From Bacteriovoracaceae bacterium (GTDB lineage: Bacteria > Bdellovibrionota > Bacteriovoracia > Bacteriovoracales > Bacteriovoracaceae), in contig OZ244226.1 of the NCBI GenBank assembly GCA_965217035.1, positions 806,001 through 848,145 on the forward strand: a stretch of 42,145 nt of DNA, read 5' to 3'. The position numbers were made by a program, and so were the translations under genes. The notes below the pieces were generated by a model. It worked only from the letters and a program-made list of their open reading frames with translations. It was not told the DNA's origin and made no database searches. Shown here piece by piece: positions 29,784 to 39,096 of the stretch (position 1 is the stretch's first letter; the number at the start of each line of letters is the position of its first letter).

Positions 29784-30861
29784 TCTTGCGACATTATTCG
29801 ATTCTGCTTTTGTACGCTCTCAATCTCATAAGATGCTTGCTGTTTGTGAAAATGGAGGAACACATTTTCAATACAATGAATCCAAACTTGATGAAGTCGC
29901 CGAGTTTGTCATTAAAGTTTCAAAAGAGAACTACCCTGATGGCAATCTTCCTTATCATGGAAGAATAAATCATATCAATGCCGGCGGAGTGAATCGCATA
30001 GCAGGTCTCCCGGCTGAAGATTTATTAGATCTTGTTTTTATCTCTGTTCTTGTTGATGCTGGAGCTGGCCCTGATTGGAAATTTACTGAGAATGGAAAAG
30101 AGTATACTCGTTCAGAGGGACTTGCTGTTGCCAGTTTTGCTCTTTATCAGTCTGGACTTGTAAGCACACAAGAGAAATTAAAAAACTTAACAACTAAAGA
30201 CTTTGAAGAATGTTTTCAGGTGACTCAAGAAAACCCGTTGCAAGGTGTTCAAGGTCGTGTCTCTCTTTTAAATAAACTCGGAAATAAGCCAAGACCTTCA
30301 AGTCTTCTCTCTCAAATGAGTAAAGAATTTGAAGCAAAGGATCTTCTTAAAATTCTTCTTAGTAAGTATCATGATATTTGGCCACAAAGAATGAATTTCA
30401 AGGGAATTAATATAGCTGATATTTGGGAATATGACTTTGGACATGGGAACGAATATATTCCTTTTCATAAACTCTCTCAATGGCTTGCCTATTCATTAGT
30501 TGAGATTTTTGAAACCAATGGATTCACTGTGAGTAATCTTGATGGCATGACTGGTCTTCCTGAATACCGCAACGGAGGACTTTTCCTTGATATGAATTTA
30601 CTAGAACTCAGAGATCCTCGACTGAAAAAAGAAATTTTTTCAGTTGATTCACAACTTGTGATTGAATGGCGTGCTCTTACCGTCGCATTACTTGATATTT
30701 TGGGTGATGTGATTCGAACAAAATTAAATAAAACAGCTCTTGAACTTCCTCTCGTGAAAATTCTAGAAGGAGGAACTTGGGCCGCGGGACGCAAAACCGC
30801 CTATGAAATGAGAGATGGGAAACCACCTCTAAATCTAAAACTTGACGGCACCGTCTTTTAA
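29776..30861 (+). CDS. URC4/urg3 family protein (DUF1688)
   Basis: PYHGR, SVLVDAGAGPDW, RSEGLAVAS, PFHKLSQWLAYSL, GLPEYRNGGL and DGTVF end; real start MSNL at 29776 overlapping the URC1 end. Confidence 0.92.
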   Translation: MSNLATLFDSAFVRSQSHKMLAVCENGGTHFQYNESKLDEVAEFVIKVSKENYPDGNLPYHGRINHINAGGVNRIAGLPAEDLLDLVFISVLVDAGAGPDWKFTENGKEYTRSEGLAVASFALYQSGLVSTQEKLKNLTTKDFEECFQVTQENPLQGVQGRVSLLNKLGNKPRPSSLLSQMSKEFEAKDLLKILLSKYHDIWPQRMNFKGINIADIWEYDFGHGNEYIPFHKLSQWLAYSLVEIFETNGFTVSNLDGMTGLPEYRNGGLFLDMNLLELRDPRLKKEIFSVDSQLVIEWRALTVALLDILGDVIRTKLNKTALELPLVKILEGGTWAAGRKTAYEMRDGKPPLNLKLDGTVF

Positions 30862-30888
30862 GAACGACTTTTTAGGAGATTATACTAT

Positions 30889-31521
30889 ATGGATAACGTG
30901 ACACTCTTAGACCACCCTATTCTCAGACATAAGCTAGGTTTCTTGAGGAATAAAGAAACAAATTCTCATAACTTTAGGGATATTGTTAGAGAATTGAGTT
31001 CATTGATTGCTTATGAAGTTTGTCGAGATCTCTCAACTCACAAACAAAAAGTTCAAACCGTTTTAGCCGAAGCTGAGGTTGATCATGTCGAAACTGATAA
31101 AGCCCCTATCGTAGTCTCTATCCTAAGAGCTGGAAATGGAATGCTAGAGTCAATTCTTGATCTTATGCCTTATGCGAGAGCTGGGCATATTGGAATTTAT
31201 AGAGATAAATTCATTGGTAATACTGTTGAATACTATTTTAAAATCCCGGAAAACTCAAAAGGTAAAACAACCTTGCTCCTTGATCCCTTGCTTGCAACAG
31301 GAGATACGGCCGTTGCCTGTATCGATCGACTCAAACAATATGATCTAGGAGAGATTAGATTTTTAACAATTCTTGCCTCAAGACAAGGAGCTGAAAAGAT
31401 TAAACACTTTCACCCCGATGTTAAGATCTATGCTATTGGTTTAGAAGAAGAACTTAATGACAAAGGATACCTGGTACCAGGGATCGGAGATGCTGGAGAT
31501 CGATTATTTCAAACCAAGTAA
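30889..31521 (+). CDS. upp: Uracil phosphoribosyltransferase
   Basis: VSILRAG, LDPLLATG and GYLVPGIGDAGDRLF; SD AGGAG. Confidence 0.97.
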   Translation: MDNVTLLDHPILRHKLGFLRNKETNSHNFRDIVRELSSLIAYEVCRDLSTHKQKVQTVLAEAEVDHVETDKAPIVVSILRAGNGMLESILDLMPYARAGHIGIYRDKFIGNTVEYYFKIPENSKGKTTLLLDPLLATGDTAVACIDRLKQYDLGEIRFLTILASRQGAEKIKHFHPDVKIYAIGLEEELNDKGYLVPGIGDAGDRLFQTK

Positions 31522-32123
31522 AAATAATAGCAGTTGCAGGAGGAAGTGGTTCGGGAAAAACAACTTTCACGAGACGATTTAGGAAGGGCATTGAATCGAC
31601 TGATGTCTCTGTTGTTTTTCAAGACTCCTATTATATTGATCAGAGTGATAAGTTTGACTTCGATGGCGGCTCTGTTAACTTTGACCATCCTGATGCTCTT
31701 GATTTTGATTTAATGGCCAGTCAATTAAAAAAGCTCAAAGCAGGCCATTCTGTCCAAATACCCTATTATGACTTTGCTACTCATACTCGCAGCCCAGAAA
31801 CAACCGAAATGAAACCCACTTCAATTATCTTAGTCGATGGTATTTTAATTTTAAGTCAGCCTAAATTAAGAGAAATCTTTGATTATAGCGTTTATATAAG
31901 CTGTGAGGAAAAACTTCGTTACGAGCGAAGATTAAAAAGAGACACAGTAGAGAGAGGTCGAACCGAAAAAGGAGTTAAAAATCAATTCCTCCAACAGGTA
32001 AAACCAATGCATGATGAATTTGTTGGCCCTTCTAAAGTCTATGCGGACCTTATCGTGAAACAAGATCAATTCGATCAGGAATTGCTTGCTCTTATTCAAA
32101 AAATTCAATCAGATACGTTATAA
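31506..32123 (+). CDS. udk: Uridine kinase (start codon uncertain)
   Basis: Frame of ORF 31713-32123 is open back to 31461 and encodes IIAVAGGSGSGKTT, QDSYY and NFDHPDALDF, then PYYDFATH and RRLKRD; no ATG/GTG/TTG before the P-loop. Confidence 0.9.
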   Translation: MSNQVKIIAVAGGSGSGKTTFTRRFRKGIESTDVSVVFQDSYYIDQSDKFDFDGGSVNFDHPDALDFDLMASQLKKLKAGHSVQIPYYDFATHTRSPETTEMKPTSIILVDGILILSQPKLREIFDYSVYISCEEKLRYERRLKRDTVERGRTEKGVKNQFLQQVKPMHDEFVGPSKVYADLIVKQDQFDQELLALIQKIQSDTL

Positions 32124-32130
32124 TTAGCGT

Positions 32131-32880
32131 ATGTCGATGTTCAAATTTGATCGGCGAACGCTGATCCGAAGTTATATGGGAAATTATGCTTATAACCGCT
32201 TAGGTGAAACCTATGCTGAAGAAAACTTTGAAATTTTTGAAAATTATGAAAATAAACACCAAGTCCTTGCTTCCAACTTCGTTGCGAGACTTGATAATGG
32301 TGAGTTCTTGAATATCGCCACTCTTTATGAACTTACCGACTCATACTCTCCCATCCGAGTTATTACCCAGAGATCGTTAGGAACGAATGAGGTCGAAGAA
32401 TCATTTCACTTCAATACCATGGATAATAAAATTCATTATAAATTTCAAAATAAAGACTCCACTCAAGAAGATGATCTTCCTCTCTCAAAGAGAGTTTTTA
32501 TCATGGCACCGACATTTTTAACAAAATGTCTTTTTGCTCTCAGTAGAAAATATGAAGCATCTGCGAGGATTCCTTATGTAATAATGAGAAGTTATAATCA
32601 ATGGCAATTCGAAAAACTTCCAAAGGAAGAACATATTTTCGTTGAATACGAAACCTCTAAAATGCAAGTTCGAAATATTCAAGGTGAAGAATATAGTACA
32701 TTTGATATTAATGTATACCTAAATGATACTTGGAAAAGTGAAGGGGAACCTGAAACCCCTATTACTTTTCATATTACAAAAGACTCTGCGATTCCTCTTC
32801 ATGCTTTCTTAGAAGATGGCACAGAGGTTTCTATTACTCGTTTAAGAAAGTTTCAGATGCCAGAACATATGCTCTCTTGA
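32131..32880 (+). CDS. Hypothetical protein
   Basis: 249-aa ORF, beta-rich appearance, no recognised motif; TATAAT 6 nt upstream. Confidence 0.7.
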   Translation: MSMFKFDRRTLIRSYMGNYAYNRLGETYAEENFEIFENYENKHQVLASNFVARLDNGEFLNIATLYELTDSYSPIRVITQRSLGTNEVEESFHFNTMDNKIHYKFQNKDSTQEDDLPLSKRVFIMAPTFLTKCLFALSRKYEASARIPYVIMRSYNQWQFEKLPKEEHIFVEYETSKMQVRNIQGEEYSTFDINVYLNDTWKSEGEPETPITFHITKDSAIPLHAFLEDGTEVSITRLRKFQMPEHMLS

Positions 32881-32906
32881 TCCTAGAATAAAAATATTAG
32901 TAATAT

Positions 32907-35747
32907 TTATTGAAAATACTCTTGAGAATTTTCGATCGCTTTGTTAAAAGACATTCTTTCTACATGATAGGGTTCTAAAAGCTTAGAAAACTCATCAAAA
33001 GTCCGACTTTTCCAACGGTTCATTCGAGAATCAGTAACAATAATAACGCCATTATCGTCATTTGATCGAATCAGACGTCCAAGCTTCTGCTGTAATTTAC
33101 GCGCTCGAGTAGCCATGAAATATTCGGAAAAGCTATTTCCAAAATTACGATCAAAAAACTTTTTTCTCTGGTCAAAGATCAATTCCATCCCTAGATCAGG
33201 AACTTTATCAATATAGAGAAATTGCAGGCTTTCACCTGGAATATCAATTCCCTCTCCAAAACTTTCAAGCCCTAAGAGAACAGCACGTTCTGTCGCTTTA
33301 AAATCGTCAACAACATTTGCACCCATTCCTTGATAGAAAACTTCCATTTTACCTTGAAGTTTTTCTAAACAAATTTCTCTGCCTCTTTCAAATCTCTTAT
33401 ATGAAGAGAATAGAAGCAGAGTTTTTCCTTGAATCTTTTCAATAACAGGAAGCAGTTTCCCAACAACTTCATCTACATATTCTCCTCGATAAATAGGAGG
33501 AAGGTCATCTGCAAAATAAACTTTCGCTTGCTTTTGATAATCAAAGACAGGATCTAAAAAAAGTCCCGTTTTGAATCGTTTCGAAGGCTCCGTATAGAGA
33601 TAACCCGTAAGCCATTCTATATTTGTCGTTCCTTTGTCTCCTTTCATATTTCCAAGTGTCGCCGATGTAAAAACAACAGAGTCAGTTGGTTCAAGAAGTT
33701 TTTGATGAACAATTCTTCCAATATCGATAGGAACAGAGCTTAATTCAGCCCCCATTGTTTCGTGATAGCGAATACTTCGACAATAATCCTCATCGTCAGC
33801 AAGAAAAATACTCGCTTCTATCTCATATTCTTCAAGCTGGTTGTAATAACTTCTAAAGTAAGTCCAAGCTGCAAGACCATTAGCTTCTTCCCATTCTCGC
33901 CCTTCAAACTTTTCATATTGAGGAGCAAGCTTCCATTTTATATCAAGAAGAGAATCTCTTAAGGCGTTGAGTTCATTTGTAAAAGAAACTTCCAACGTCG
34001 ACTGTTGAGATTTAAAATAAGGAATTTCGTTCCAATACTCGGAACTATACCGCTGAAGACTATGGGCCAATTTACCAACAATCATCTCAAGACCATTCAA
34101 GTGATTTTTAGCATCCTGTTGTTTAAGAACAAGTTCTCGCCGAAGCTCTGCAACAGACTCATCTTCTTCAAGCCCCATCAAATAAAATAAAGCTCCAATT
34201 CCAGATGTCCCACCTTCAGGCCTGAGAAAAGATTCTAGTTTTTTAAAGCCTGTAACCAAGCTAAAAGCACTTGTCGCAGTTTCCTCGACCTTGTGAGCTT
34301 CATCAAAAACAATATATTCAGGCCTATCTATTGACTGAGGCCATAAAAAAGTCAGCGCGTGATTACCAATGACAACTTGGGACTTTTTAGCTTCGTCCAA
34401 TCCAAGAAAATACGAACAGTCTGAAACATAAGGGCATTTATGACCCAGACAAGATTTAAAATCAACTGCCAACTCTTGGGAAGACTGATCAAACTCGGGA
34501 ATCATTCTCTTTAAAGCATGAGGAAGATTTTCACGCGTTAACATTTCTTGATAAGATTTTCTCGAATTATCAAAGAAAAGTATTTCAAAATAAGTTTGAG
34601 TCAATGTTTCGTGAAAATTTAAATCAGGAAGTAAACTTCCTTGTGAATTTTTAGAATGCTCAAATTTAGCTTGGCATAAATGATTCTGAGTCCCTACCAG
34701 TTTCGTTACTTTACAATTATGTTCATTCAAACCTAAAAGATTCAAAGCCTTTGGAAGATCTTTTTCAAGTAATTGATTCTGAAGAACTTTTGTTCCTGTT
34801 GTGAGTAAAACTCTTTTCTTTTCTTGTTTCGCAAAGCTTAAAGCCGGAACAAGATAAGCAAATGACTTCCCTGTTCCCGTTGGAGCCTGAACCAAACTAT
34901 GAATTCCATTTTTAAATGATTGTCCGACCTTTAAGGCCATCTCTTCTTGTTGTTTTCTGTATTGGTACTTAGGAATAAAAGGTTTCCATAGTTCTTCGTC
35001 TTGAAAAACTTGCTTCAAAGCTTCTCCAGAAAACTCAGCATTAAAATCTAAGGGATGATCATTGGGAATAACAATTCTTTGATCAAGTTCATAATCCTCT
35101 AAATTGAATTCTATAGCTTCAGCTATTTCTAATAATTCCTCTTTAGAAAGATTAAGAAACTCCTTAAACCAATACTCGTTGAAGTTAGAAAATTTATCTT
35201 GAACAAACTCAAGTCTTATTCGATCTTTATGAAGCTCCCAAGAAACTCTTAACATAACTCTCAAAGTATCAATCGCGTCCTCAAAACCTCTATGGACTTC
35301 AGTATCCGCAACTTTATAATCAACAATGAATGATTCAAGATTAAGAGCTGATCGCCCCGGATGAAGAGCAGCGAGAAAAGGAATACTATCGCCAAAAGGT
35401 CGTCCTAACTCAGAGTCTATAGGCTTGATAGCAAGTTCATCAAAATGCGGAGCTAAAAATGAACTCTCAAAAGCTGCGTTATGAGCAATGATATAATGCT
35501 CATCGAGATCATGAAGCTCGGATTTAATTTGCTCCCAAAGAGGAGCCTTATTCACCATCTCTTGTGTGATACCAGTTAAATGGGTGATAAACGGAGAAAG
35601 GTTAAGATCCGTTCGGACCAGGCTCGAGAACTTTTTTGTGAGCTTTGTTCCCTCAAAACACAAAAAACCAATATCAATGATATCGTCGAGTGACGGATCA
35701 ATACCGGTCGTTTCAATGTCTAATAATGCCCATTTCCCCAAACTCAT
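32907..35747 (-). CDS. dinG: DnaQ-like 3'-5' exonuclease fused to DinG-family helicase
   Basis: Exonuclease motifs DIETTG, AHNAAFE and HRGFEDA; helicase APTGTGKS, DEAH, TSATL, EGIDIPG and QKLGRLIR; four-Cys cluster. Confidence 0.9.
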   Translation of the reverse strand: MSLGKWALLDIETTGIDPSLDDIIDIGFLCFEGTKLTKKFSSLVRTDLNLSPFITHLTGITQEMVNKAPLWEQIKSELHDLDEHYIIAHNAAFESSFLAPHFDELAIKPIDSELGRPFGDSIPFLAALHPGRSALNLESFIVDYKVADTEVHRGFEDAIDTLRVMLRVSWELHKDRIRLEFVQDKFSNFNEYWFKEFLNLSKEELLEIAEAIEFNLEDYELDQRIVIPNDHPLDFNAEFSGEALKQVFQDEELWKPFIPKYQYRKQQEEMALKVGQSFKNGIHSLVQAPTGTGKSFAYLVPALSFAKQEKKRVLLTTGTKVLQNQLLEKDLPKALNLLGLNEHNCKVTKLVGTQNHLCQAKFEHSKNSQGSLLPDLNFHETLTQTYFEILFFDNSRKSYQEMLTRENLPHALKRMIPEFDQSSQELAVDFKSCLGHKCPYVSDCSYFLGLDEAKKSQVVIGNHALTFLWPQSIDRPEYIVFDEAHKVEETATSAFSLVTGFKKLESFLRPEGGTSGIGALFYLMGLEEDESVAELRRELVLKQQDAKNHLNGLEMIVGKLAHSLQRYSSEYWNEIPYFKSQQSTLEVSFTNELNALRDSLLDIKWKLAPQYEKFEGREWEEANGLAAWTYFRSYYNQLEEYEIEASIFLADDEDYCRSIRYHETMGAELSSVPIDIGRIVHQKLLEPTDSVVFTSATLGNMKGDKGTTNIEWLTGYLYTEPSKRFKTGLFLDPVFDYQKQAKVYFADDLPPIYRGEYVDEVVGKLLPVIEKIQGKTLLLFSSYKRFERGREICLEKLQGKMEVFYQGMGANVVDDFKATERAVLLGLESFGEGIDIPGESLQFLYIDKVPDLGMELIFDQRKKFFDRNFGNSFSEYFMATRARKLQQKLGRLIRSNDDNGVIIVTDSRMNRWKSRTFDEFSKLLEPYHVERMSFNKAIENSQEYFQ

Positions 35748-35856
35748 GAGCAAGAAGTTTACTGGGTCCTCACCTTTTGCTCAACAAGTATTGAATTTTT
35801 TTAAATTTTGCGATGCTCCTCTAGCCGCTCTTACCACTTTGTGTTAAAAATCCAAC

Positions 35857-36234
35857 ATGGAACAAATATTCTTCCAAAGCCAGTCCACGCTAGTGGTCCT
35901 ATTGCTAACACTTGGAATTTTCTTAAGAAAGAGAAAGAAAGCCCATGTACGGACAATGATAACCGCTATTGCCTGGGATCTTATTCTCGTACTTCAAATA
36001 GAGCTCTCACGGGGAGCAATTGCAAAAGCAAGTGAAGCGATGAAAAACTCCATGATTTTGAATATTCATGTCTCATTTGCAGTGCTGACAGTTGTTCTTT
36101 ATGGGTTTATGATCTATACCGGAAGAAAAGTTCTAAAAGGAAATAACTCAATCCGTCAGCGTCATAGAATGTTGGGGATTACAACATATACTCTTAGAAT
36201 ACTAACCTATATAACAAGTTATTTTGTAGCATAA
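35857..36234 (+). CDS. DUF420-like small membrane protein
   Basis: Four TM helices with spaced His residues (KAHVRTM, IHVSFA, RHRMLG). Confidence 0.7.
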   Translation: MEQIFFQSQSTLVVLLLTLGIFLRKRKKAHVRTMITAIAWDLILVLQIELSRGAIAKASEAMKNSMILNIHVSFAVLTVVLYGFMIYTGRKVLKGNNSIRQRHRMLGITTYTLRILTYITSYFVA

Positions 36235-36470
36235 TGGAAACATCAATTACTTCTAAAATTTCGGATCTCTTAAAATCTCATTTCTCAGGAGATGAAGTTT
36301 ATGTTGGGCCAATGAGAGGAGCTTCAGACGACCATTTAGAAGTTCAAATCACTTCATCTAAATTTGAAGGTCTCGGTCTACTTGAACAACATCAAATGGT
36401 AATGGACATTTTAAAAGAAGAGTTCAAAGACCAACTCCACGCTGTAAAAATTAAAACAAAAAAACCATAG
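36234..36470 (+). CDS. BolA/IbaG family protein
   Basis: DHLEVQITSSKFEGLGLLEQHQMV...LHAVKIKT. Confidence 0.92.
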   Translation: METSITSKISDLLKSHFSGDEVYVGPMRGASDDHLEVQITSSKFEGLGLLEQHQMVMDILKEEFKDQLHAVKIKTKKP

Positions 36471-36479
36471 GAGCTTTTT

Positions 36480-36890
36480 ATGTCTGATAGTCCTTTTAAT
36501 ATTGTTGGAAATCAAATAAGTGATGAACACGCAAATCTCGCAGGAAATGAAATTCCTACCGGATTTGAAGAAGCTGATACATCAGCAAGAATAAAAAAAA
36601 TCATCGAAGCTTCTCCTCTTGTTGTTTTCATGAAGGGAAACGCTTTCTTTCCTCAATGTGGTTTTTCAAAGAATACAACAATGATTTTTACTCATCTTCA
36701 AGTTCCTTATAAAACCTACGATATTCTCCAGGACCCGGCTCTCAGACAAGAAATCAAAGAATTCTCCAACTGGCCAACATTCCCTCAAGTTTATCTTAAT
36801 GGGAAACTTCTTGGCGGTAATGATATCATTACAGAGCTCTTCGAATCAGGTGAGCTTAAAGAATTGGTGAAGGATCTTGCAAGTCAGTAA
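36480..36890 (+). CDS. grxD: Monothiol glutaredoxin Grx4
   Basis: FMKG, PQCGFS, WPTFPQVY and GGND. Confidence 0.95.
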   Translation: MSDSPFNIVGNQISDEHANLAGNEIPTGFEEADTSARIKKIIEASPLVVFMKGNAFFPQCGFSKNTTMIFTHLQVPYKTYDILQDPALRQEIKEFSNWPTFPQVYLNGKLLGGNDIITELFESGELKELVKDLASQ

Positions 36891-38052
36891 GTTTTGGCTT
36901 GGTCATTTAGATCTTAATCAAAAAGTTCATATTTTCGGTGGCGGGATTAGTGGTTTAATAGCAGCCTACCATTTCAAAAAATCCGGGGTAGATTTTATCC
37001 TTCATGAAAGTAGCAATCGATTAGGAGGAAAACTTCAAACAGATCAAACCGAGTATGGTCTAGTTGAATGGGCAGCCAATGCAATTGTGAACTCTCCTCT
37101 TATAGAACAACTTTTTATTGAACTCGAAATGTCTCCCATTGCTGCAGCAACAGGCTTAAAGAGATGTATCTACCGAAATGGAAAGATTCGTTCTTTCCCT
37201 GCTATCAATTTCTTTGAAGGAGTAAAGGTTTTTAAGAATCTCTTTCGCTCGATACCTCTTCTAGAAAAAACCTCTCTTAAGGATGCTTTTCTTCCCTTGC
37301 TTGGAAATCAGCTTTGTGATGAAATTTTAACTCCTATATTTAGAGGAATCTATGCAACTGGCTCTGAGAACTTGATTGCCACTTCTGTAATACCTGATTT
37401 CTCTGAATTTGAAGGAATGAGCTATCATTACTTTATTACAAATAAACTAAAAAATAAATCACCGCTCAAGAGTATGAGTTTTATGGGAGGAATGCAGGAA
37501 CTCGTAGATAGGCTTTCTTACGAAGTTAAAGATTTTTGTGAACTCAACTCTCAATCAAAGATTGAAGTAAATTCTCTTATTTGCACTGATCCACGAAATG
37601 CAGCCCTTCTTGTCGAATCTCTCGATTTGGAATTATCATCAATCCTTAAGGAGATTGAGTCAGTTGATATCCATTCTACAACTTGTTTTTTTGAAAAAGA
37701 GATTCAGGAACTTAAAAATTGTTTTGGCTTGCTTTTTAATGAGAGTGAGTCTCCTAATATTATGGGGATTTTAGTAAACCATGAAATATTCCCTCAAAGA
37801 AATTATCCTCATTTTAGCTATACTATTATTAGTAAAAATGATTCCTTTCAAGTGGATGACATTCCCATCATTAAAAAATACAGTACTAATCTTTTGAAAT
37901 CTTATTCATCAGGTCACAAGTATGGACTGCCGCTTTATAATTCCAAGCTCACTGAATTAAGAAATCAATTAGACAAGAACTCGAAAGTCGCTTTTTGGGG
38001 GAATTACACAGACTCTATTAGTCTGAGAAAAATAGTAGAAGCGACTCTTTAG
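36877..38052 (+). CDS. HemY-type proto/coproporphyrinogen oxidase-like FAD oxidoreductase
   Basis: GGGISGL dinucleotide motif, RLGGKLQT, GIYA, SFMGGMQEL, GLPLY and GNY; start uncertain (TTG). Confidence 0.75.
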   Translation: MQVSKFWLGHLDLNQKVHIFGGGISGLIAAYHFKKSGVDFILHESSNRLGGKLQTDQTEYGLVEWAANAIVNSPLIEQLFIELEMSPIAAATGLKRCIYRNGKIRSFPAINFFEGVKVFKNLFRSIPLLEKTSLKDAFLPLLGNQLCDEILTPIFRGIYATGSENLIATSVIPDFSEFEGMSYHYFITNKLKNKSPLKSMSFMGGMQELVDRLSYEVKDFCELNSQSKIEVNSLICTDPRNAALLVESLDLELSSILKEIESVDIHSTTCFFEKEIQELKNCFGLLFNESESPNIMGILVNHEIFPQRNYPHFSYTIISKNDSFQVDDIPIIKKYSTNLLKSYSSGHKYGLPLYNSKLTELRNQLDKNSKVAFWGNYTDSISLRKIVEATL

Positions 38053-38858
38053 TAAACCTTAGCTTCTGCTTGCATAAAAGCATCGTAAAAAACTGCATCT
38101 GGATTCTTTACAACATTATCAAATTCTTTCTCACAATTATCAACAATTTCTTGAGTGATAATACCTTCTTTTATTAAACGGTCTGCCCCACTAAGCATAA
38201 GATCTTTCCAAAATAGAATATGTTTTCTCCTGTGATCAGGAAAACGATTATCGTAATGCCAAGTTATGACCTTAGTTTGAATATCCCCAAAGCCAGCCTT
38301 TTGAAGTAAATTACCAAGTTTTGCCCCAACAAAAGGATCTCCAGCATTTTCATATTGAAAATCATTCATGGCCATCCAATATTTCCATATATTGGGAGAA
38401 TAAGGGTCAAGGAAGAAGTTAAAGTTCATAACTTCTGTAACATAAATTTTTGCAGCAGGCTTAAGGACTCGCCTCGCCTCCATGAGGACTTTTTGAGGCT
38501 CAGGAACATGCTCAAGTAGCCAACAAATAAAAGCTCCATCGAACCTTTCCTCTAGCTTAAGGTCTTGAGCATCCATTTTATGAAATTGAATTCTTTTATT
38601 ATCTTTAAATGTTTTTTTAGCTGCATCTAGTTGCTTATCATTAAGATCAACTGAAACAAGCTCAAGGTTAGGAAACCTTCTTAATAAGATTTCAGACTGT
38701 GCACCGATACCGCAACCGATTTCAATGACTCGCTTTGCTTCACTGAAGTTGACATCTTTATACACTGAATATTCAGCATATTGAGCTTGAGTTCGTAAAC
38801 GATCTTGTTCTTCTTTTGAAAAGCCATGAATATAAGGAAAATTTGTTGGTTCACTCAT
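38049..38858 (-). CDS. Class I SAM-dependent methyltransferase
   Basis: IEIGCGIG motif I, WLLEHV and RRVLKP. Confidence 0.92.
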   Translation of the reverse strand: MSEPTNFPYIHGFSKEEQDRLRTQAQYAEYSVYKDVNFSEAKRVIEIGCGIGAQSEILLRRFPNLELVSVDLNDKQLDAAKKTFKDNKRIQFHKMDAQDLKLEERFDGAFICWLLEHVPEPQKVLMEARRVLKPAAKIYVTEVMNFNFFLDPYSPNIWKYWMAMNDFQYENAGDPFVGAKLGNLLQKAGFGDIQTKVITWHYDNRFPDHRRKHILFWKDLMLSGADRLIKEGIITQEIVDNCEKEFDNVVKNPDAVFYDAFMQAEAKVY

Positions 38859-38912
38859 AAAAACTCCATTATGGGATTGTCTTAATTCCCGCTTCCATTA
38901 TATAACAAAAAT

Positions 38913-39095
38913 ATGAATAACAAATCGCAACTTCGTCATAATATTTCCAATGAAATTGTAAAGGTTAAGTCTATTTTTGAAATTTTGCTTGATGAGGACG
39001 ATAATGCAATTCCAAAAGAAGATTTGGTCAGAGAAGCTCAAGGATGTCTTGATAACCTTTGGGATTATTTAAGATCCATAGAAAACAACCATTAA
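38913..39095 (+). CDS. Small helical protein resembling an isolated HisKA/DHp domain
   Basis: 60 aa filling an intergenic gap; SQLRHNISN H-box-like helix followed by a second amphipathic helix. Confidence 0.55.
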   Translation: MNNKSQLRHNISNEIVKVKSIFEILLDEDDNAIPKEDLVREAQGCLDNLWDYLRSIENNH

Positions 39096-39096
39096 T

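Noticed and set aside
32907..35747. Type IV CRISPR CasDinG or defence-system DinG
   Set aside because: Housekeeping exonuclease-DinG architecture with no cas or defence neighbours.
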